Notes under the pieces: model-generated | What the model saw: only the letters and a program-made list of their open reading frames with translations | Databases searched by the model: none | What the model was told of the DNA's origin: nothing | Origin: a virus | Lineage: Duplodnaviria > Caudoviricetes | Direction: 5' to 3' (one strand) | DNA: 29,119 bases | IMG/VR virus record: IMGVR_UViG_3300020388_000050 | Location: 1-29,119 of that record | Shown here: positions 26,505 to 29,119 of the stretch, one piece after another | Layout of the letters: each line of letters starts with the position of its first letter | Position numbering within the stretch: position 1 is the first letter of the stretch | Translations under genes and position numbers: made by a program

Positions 26505-28973
26505 TTAACTAAAAAAATACTTACTATGTGCAATTTCGTTGATGTCCAAATTTCCACGTGCAGGTGGTGGAGTTAAACGAGTTCGTAATTTTGCTGGCAG
26601 CTGAGCTTCCCAGCTCCTGTGTAACTCGTTAAGATAATCGTTTTTAAACAGGTCAATAACGACTTGTCTTATAATTTGATGCAGCTGGTCAACTCTATTT
26701 GGATTAGTAGCAAAACTATCGTGTACCATTAACAAATCGTTAATAGGATTTTCTGCATTTTTACAATACAAAGCAACTGCTTGGGCTACGCAACCATCAA
26801 GTGAGTGAACGATATTGGGTGACACCGATGAAGAAAATTTCCTAGAATCTTTACGATTTAGTTCTCTCCTATATGTTGTGTAAACTAATGATCCACTTAT
26901 TGCTGTTTTAACTTTAAATGGAATTAAATATCTATAGTCCATTTCCACAGGAAAACCCATAGGTGTAACCCATTTCATAACCATATTAGCTTTAGCAAAT
27001 AACTTTGCACAATCTTGAAACCACTTCATTAACTGTGCCTCTAAATCTATTTCTTGTTCCATTTTATCCCAAACTATTTTAGCTAACCAACGACAATCAC
27101 TAAAACCATCATCTGCTAACACTTTCTTTTCGGGATTAAATTCAATGATGCTTTTGTATTCATCAAAAATTTGTTGGCGAGCACCATAGGGTTTTAACGA
27201 GTACACATAAGTCATAATGTTTCGTTTTACTATTTTTCTTGTAATACCAAACTGTAACCAACGATTAGCCTCCTGTGATCCTTGTCCTGCTTTCAGTTCT
27301 ACTTCTGCTTTAACTTTTTCTGCAACTGCTGTGTAAATGTCTTGTGGTACATCACTAGGTAATACATTTACTTTTCTTGCTGTGTTTTCATCACGCATTA
27401 ATATAGATAAAACCTGAAGTCCTGAACAAGTAGCGTCCATTGACACAGGTAAATTACACAGGTACCCCAGACCTTGCTCTTTAACTCGTTTAAGGTGCAT
27501 ACAAGTATTAAGAAATTCCATAGGTTTATCTGCGAAGTTCCAACCCTTGTTATCCAGAGGGGCATCAGCGTAGCTGATAAACTCGTTAAGTTTTTCTTCT
27601 GTAAAGGCATAACGATCATTAAAAGAAACTTTATCATTACCCCAAGTGTTAGAAGCGTGAACATATAACCAAAATTTTCCTACCTCGTTAAGTGGTTCAC
27701 TATTTGCAAATGTTATTAACGACTTAATTTTTTGATCAGTCTGATAGGTGATGGTAGTTCCCATACAATACAACCTACCTCGTTTATCAGCAAAAATTGC
27801 AAAGTAAATTCTTTCAAATTCTAAATATTCAATAGCTAAATCAATAGCAACTAATGTATTTAATACTTTAGACGACCTAGCTATTTCATCATTGTAAACT
27901 CGGTTAAGATCTCTTTTGTATTTAATTCTTAGTTCAAGTATTTCATCTACTTTAGGATCTCTATAAATACCTTTTGGTTTACCTTTTTCATCAAGTAAAC
28001 TTTCTCTATCGGGAAACTTACCCAACCTTAAATTATTGTCCCATATAGTTTTAAATACATCAAACATATCCTTATCAATTTTAAACGGTACTGATTGCAA
28101 GTGATTTACTGCATCGTAAAAATCTTTTAGTTTATCGTTATCTAATGTGTGTAAATAAGTATAATCGTGAGTTTTAATTAATGGTTGTTTGGAAAGATAC
28201 TCATTATGAAAGCCCCCATTAAAAGGTGTAGAGTATGGTTTAGGTGGTACTATCATCGCTTTGTAATATGGCGTAAGTACACTACATTGAAACGAGTTAT
28301 CTTTAATTTTTTGCTCTACTTCAGGCTTCAATACTAAATAATTTACAGTTTTATCTTTACGTTCTCTAACAGGTTTTAACTGACAAAGGCCTGTACTTTT
28401 AATACAAAGATCAACCAACTTTAATCCAACAAGTGCTTGTTTTCTTATGTCCCATTTATCAACTTCAACTTTGTACTTGTTTAGGGTATGTGCAAAAACT
28501 CGTTTACGGTGTTTGACATTGCTAGTTCTTTTTAACAAATCTCTTAAAACAACTGTGTGAAGGTGAGGTTCTTTTGCTTTGAACACTTGGTTCTGAAGTT
28601 CAACTTCAATCATACTACCAATTTGTAATGCTGTCTGTGCTAAAGTTTTATGTGAGGCAATACAATCAATAATTATTTTTAAAGTTATAAGTGCAATTTT
28701 TTTAGAGTCGTTTAAATCTTTTAATGGTTCACTTGCTGTATGTCTTCGGCCTGCAACTTTGTATTGTGATTTTATAAATAATTCGATTCGTTCTGATAAA
28801 GGTACTAACAACTGTTTTTGAACATAGACAAATGGTGGTGTTACACTATTTCTACCTTTTGACTGATTCTTTCTTTCGGCTCGGTCATAACGGTCTTTAC
28901 CAAGTTTAATCCAAGTTCCTTCTCTAATTTGCTCTTGATCCTGTAAGCTCGTACTCGTACCTTCTTTTACCAT
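26505..28973 (-). CDS. gp1: Single-subunit phage DNA-directed RNA polymerase
   Basis: DKRGRLY, motif A DATCSGLQ, motif B RKIVKRNIMTYVY, PNIVHSLD and motif C VHDSF. GAGGAG RBS. Confidence 0.97.
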   Translation of the reverse strand: MVKEGTSTSLQDQEQIREGTWIKLGKDRYDRAERKNQSKGRNSVTPPFVYVQKQLLVPLSERIELFIKSQYKVAGRRHTASEPLKDLNDSKKIALITLKIIIDCIASHKTLAQTALQIGSMIEVELQNQVFKAKEPHLHTVVLRDLLKRTSNVKHRKRVFAHTLNKYKVEVDKWDIRKQALVGLKLVDLCIKSTGLCQLKPVRERKDKTVNYLVLKPEVEQKIKDNSFQCSVLTPYYKAMIVPPKPYSTPFNGGFHNEYLSKQPLIKTHDYTYLHTLDNDKLKDFYDAVNHLQSVPFKIDKDMFDVFKTIWDNNLRLGKFPDRESLLDEKGKPKGIYRDPKVDEILELRIKYKRDLNRVYNDEIARSSKVLNTLVAIDLAIEYLEFERIYFAIFADKRGRLYCMGTTITYQTDQKIKSLITFANSEPLNEVGKFWLYVHASNTWGNDKVSFNDRYAFTEEKLNEFISYADAPLDNKGWNFADKPMEFLNTCMHLKRVKEQGLGYLCNLPVSMDATCSGLQVLSILMRDENTARKVNVLPSDVPQDIYTAVAEKVKAEVELKAGQGSQEANRWLQFGITRKIVKRNIMTYVYSLKPYGARQQIFDEYKSIIEFNPEKKVLADDGFSDCRWLAKIVWDKMEQEIDLEAQLMKWFQDCAKLFAKANMVMKWVTPMGFPVEMDYRYLIPFKVKTAISGSLVYTTYRRELNRKDSRKFSSSVSPNIVHSLDGCVAQAVALYCKNAENPINDLLMVHDSFATNPNRVDQLHQIIRQVVIDLFKNDYLNELHRSWEAQLPAKLRTRLTPPPARGNLDINEIAHSKYFFS

Positions 28974-29022
28974 ACTCGTTATCTACTCCTCAAATTGTTA
29001 GGGTTAATAATAAAACAAAGTA

Positions 29023-29066
29023 TTGCAAATCCTTGTATGTGGGTTCGATTCCCACCGTTGCCTCCA
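29023..29066 (+). mobile_element. attP core: 3' half of a tRNA-Cys(GCA)
   Basis: TTGCAAA anticodon loop, TCCTT, GTAT, T-arm GTGGG-TTCGATT-CCCAC, acceptor strand CGTTGCC, U73 discriminator and CCA. No 5' half (D-arm or acceptor) upstream. Confidence 0.9.
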
Positions 29067-29092
29067 AAGTGTTGCAATACCTTATCATTTGT

Positions 29093-29119
29093 TTATTTAC
29101 TCATCGCTTCGTCTAAAGC
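29093..29119 (-). CDS. 3' end of an upstream gene, probably the tyrosine integrase
   Basis: ...ALDEAMSK-stop, open to the window edge. Integrase identity is inferred only from adjacency to attP and from the known int-attP-RNAP layout. Confidence 0.45.
   Translation of the reverse strand, partial: ALDEAMSK

Noticed and set aside
2780-27668. All plus-strand ORFs and the nested minus-strand ORFs (1049-1252, 12679-12864, 24350-24619, 27398-27664) in the track
   Set aside because: They lie mostly or wholly within well-supported minus-strand genes and have no recognisable motifs. They are shadow ORFs.
28990-29066. Complete phage-encoded tRNA-Cys gene
   Set aside because: There is no 5' acceptor strand complementary to CGTTGCC and no D-arm, and the upstream sequence is AT-rich. 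It is only a 3' half, consistent with attP.

Overview
This is an AT-rich, gene-dense segment of a T7-like podophage (Autographiviridae-type). Every credible gene is on the minus strand. Read right to left, it holds the 3' end of a probable integrase, a tRNA-Cys 3'-half attP core, the single-subunit RNA polymerase, two small early genes (one GGCT-like), the replication module, a few small hypothetical genes, the head-tail module, the ejectosome genes, a gp17-type tail fibre and at least three accessory tail or receptor-binding genes. The replication module has SSB, endonuclease I, primase-helicase, DNA polymerase A, an HNH-like gene, exonuclease and DUF3310. Gene order, low GC and an attP between integrase and RNAP resemble the integrating HTVC019P/HTVC011P-type pelagiphages, so a SAR11-like host is an inference. 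Non-coding signals read directly from the sequence are the attP core inside an inverted repeat, a 17-bp motif at the T7 phi2.5/phi6.5/phi10-equivalent positions (candidate phage promoter), a structured capsid leader and a UUCG terminator after the capsid gene. No database searches were run; calls rest on recognised motifs and synteny.
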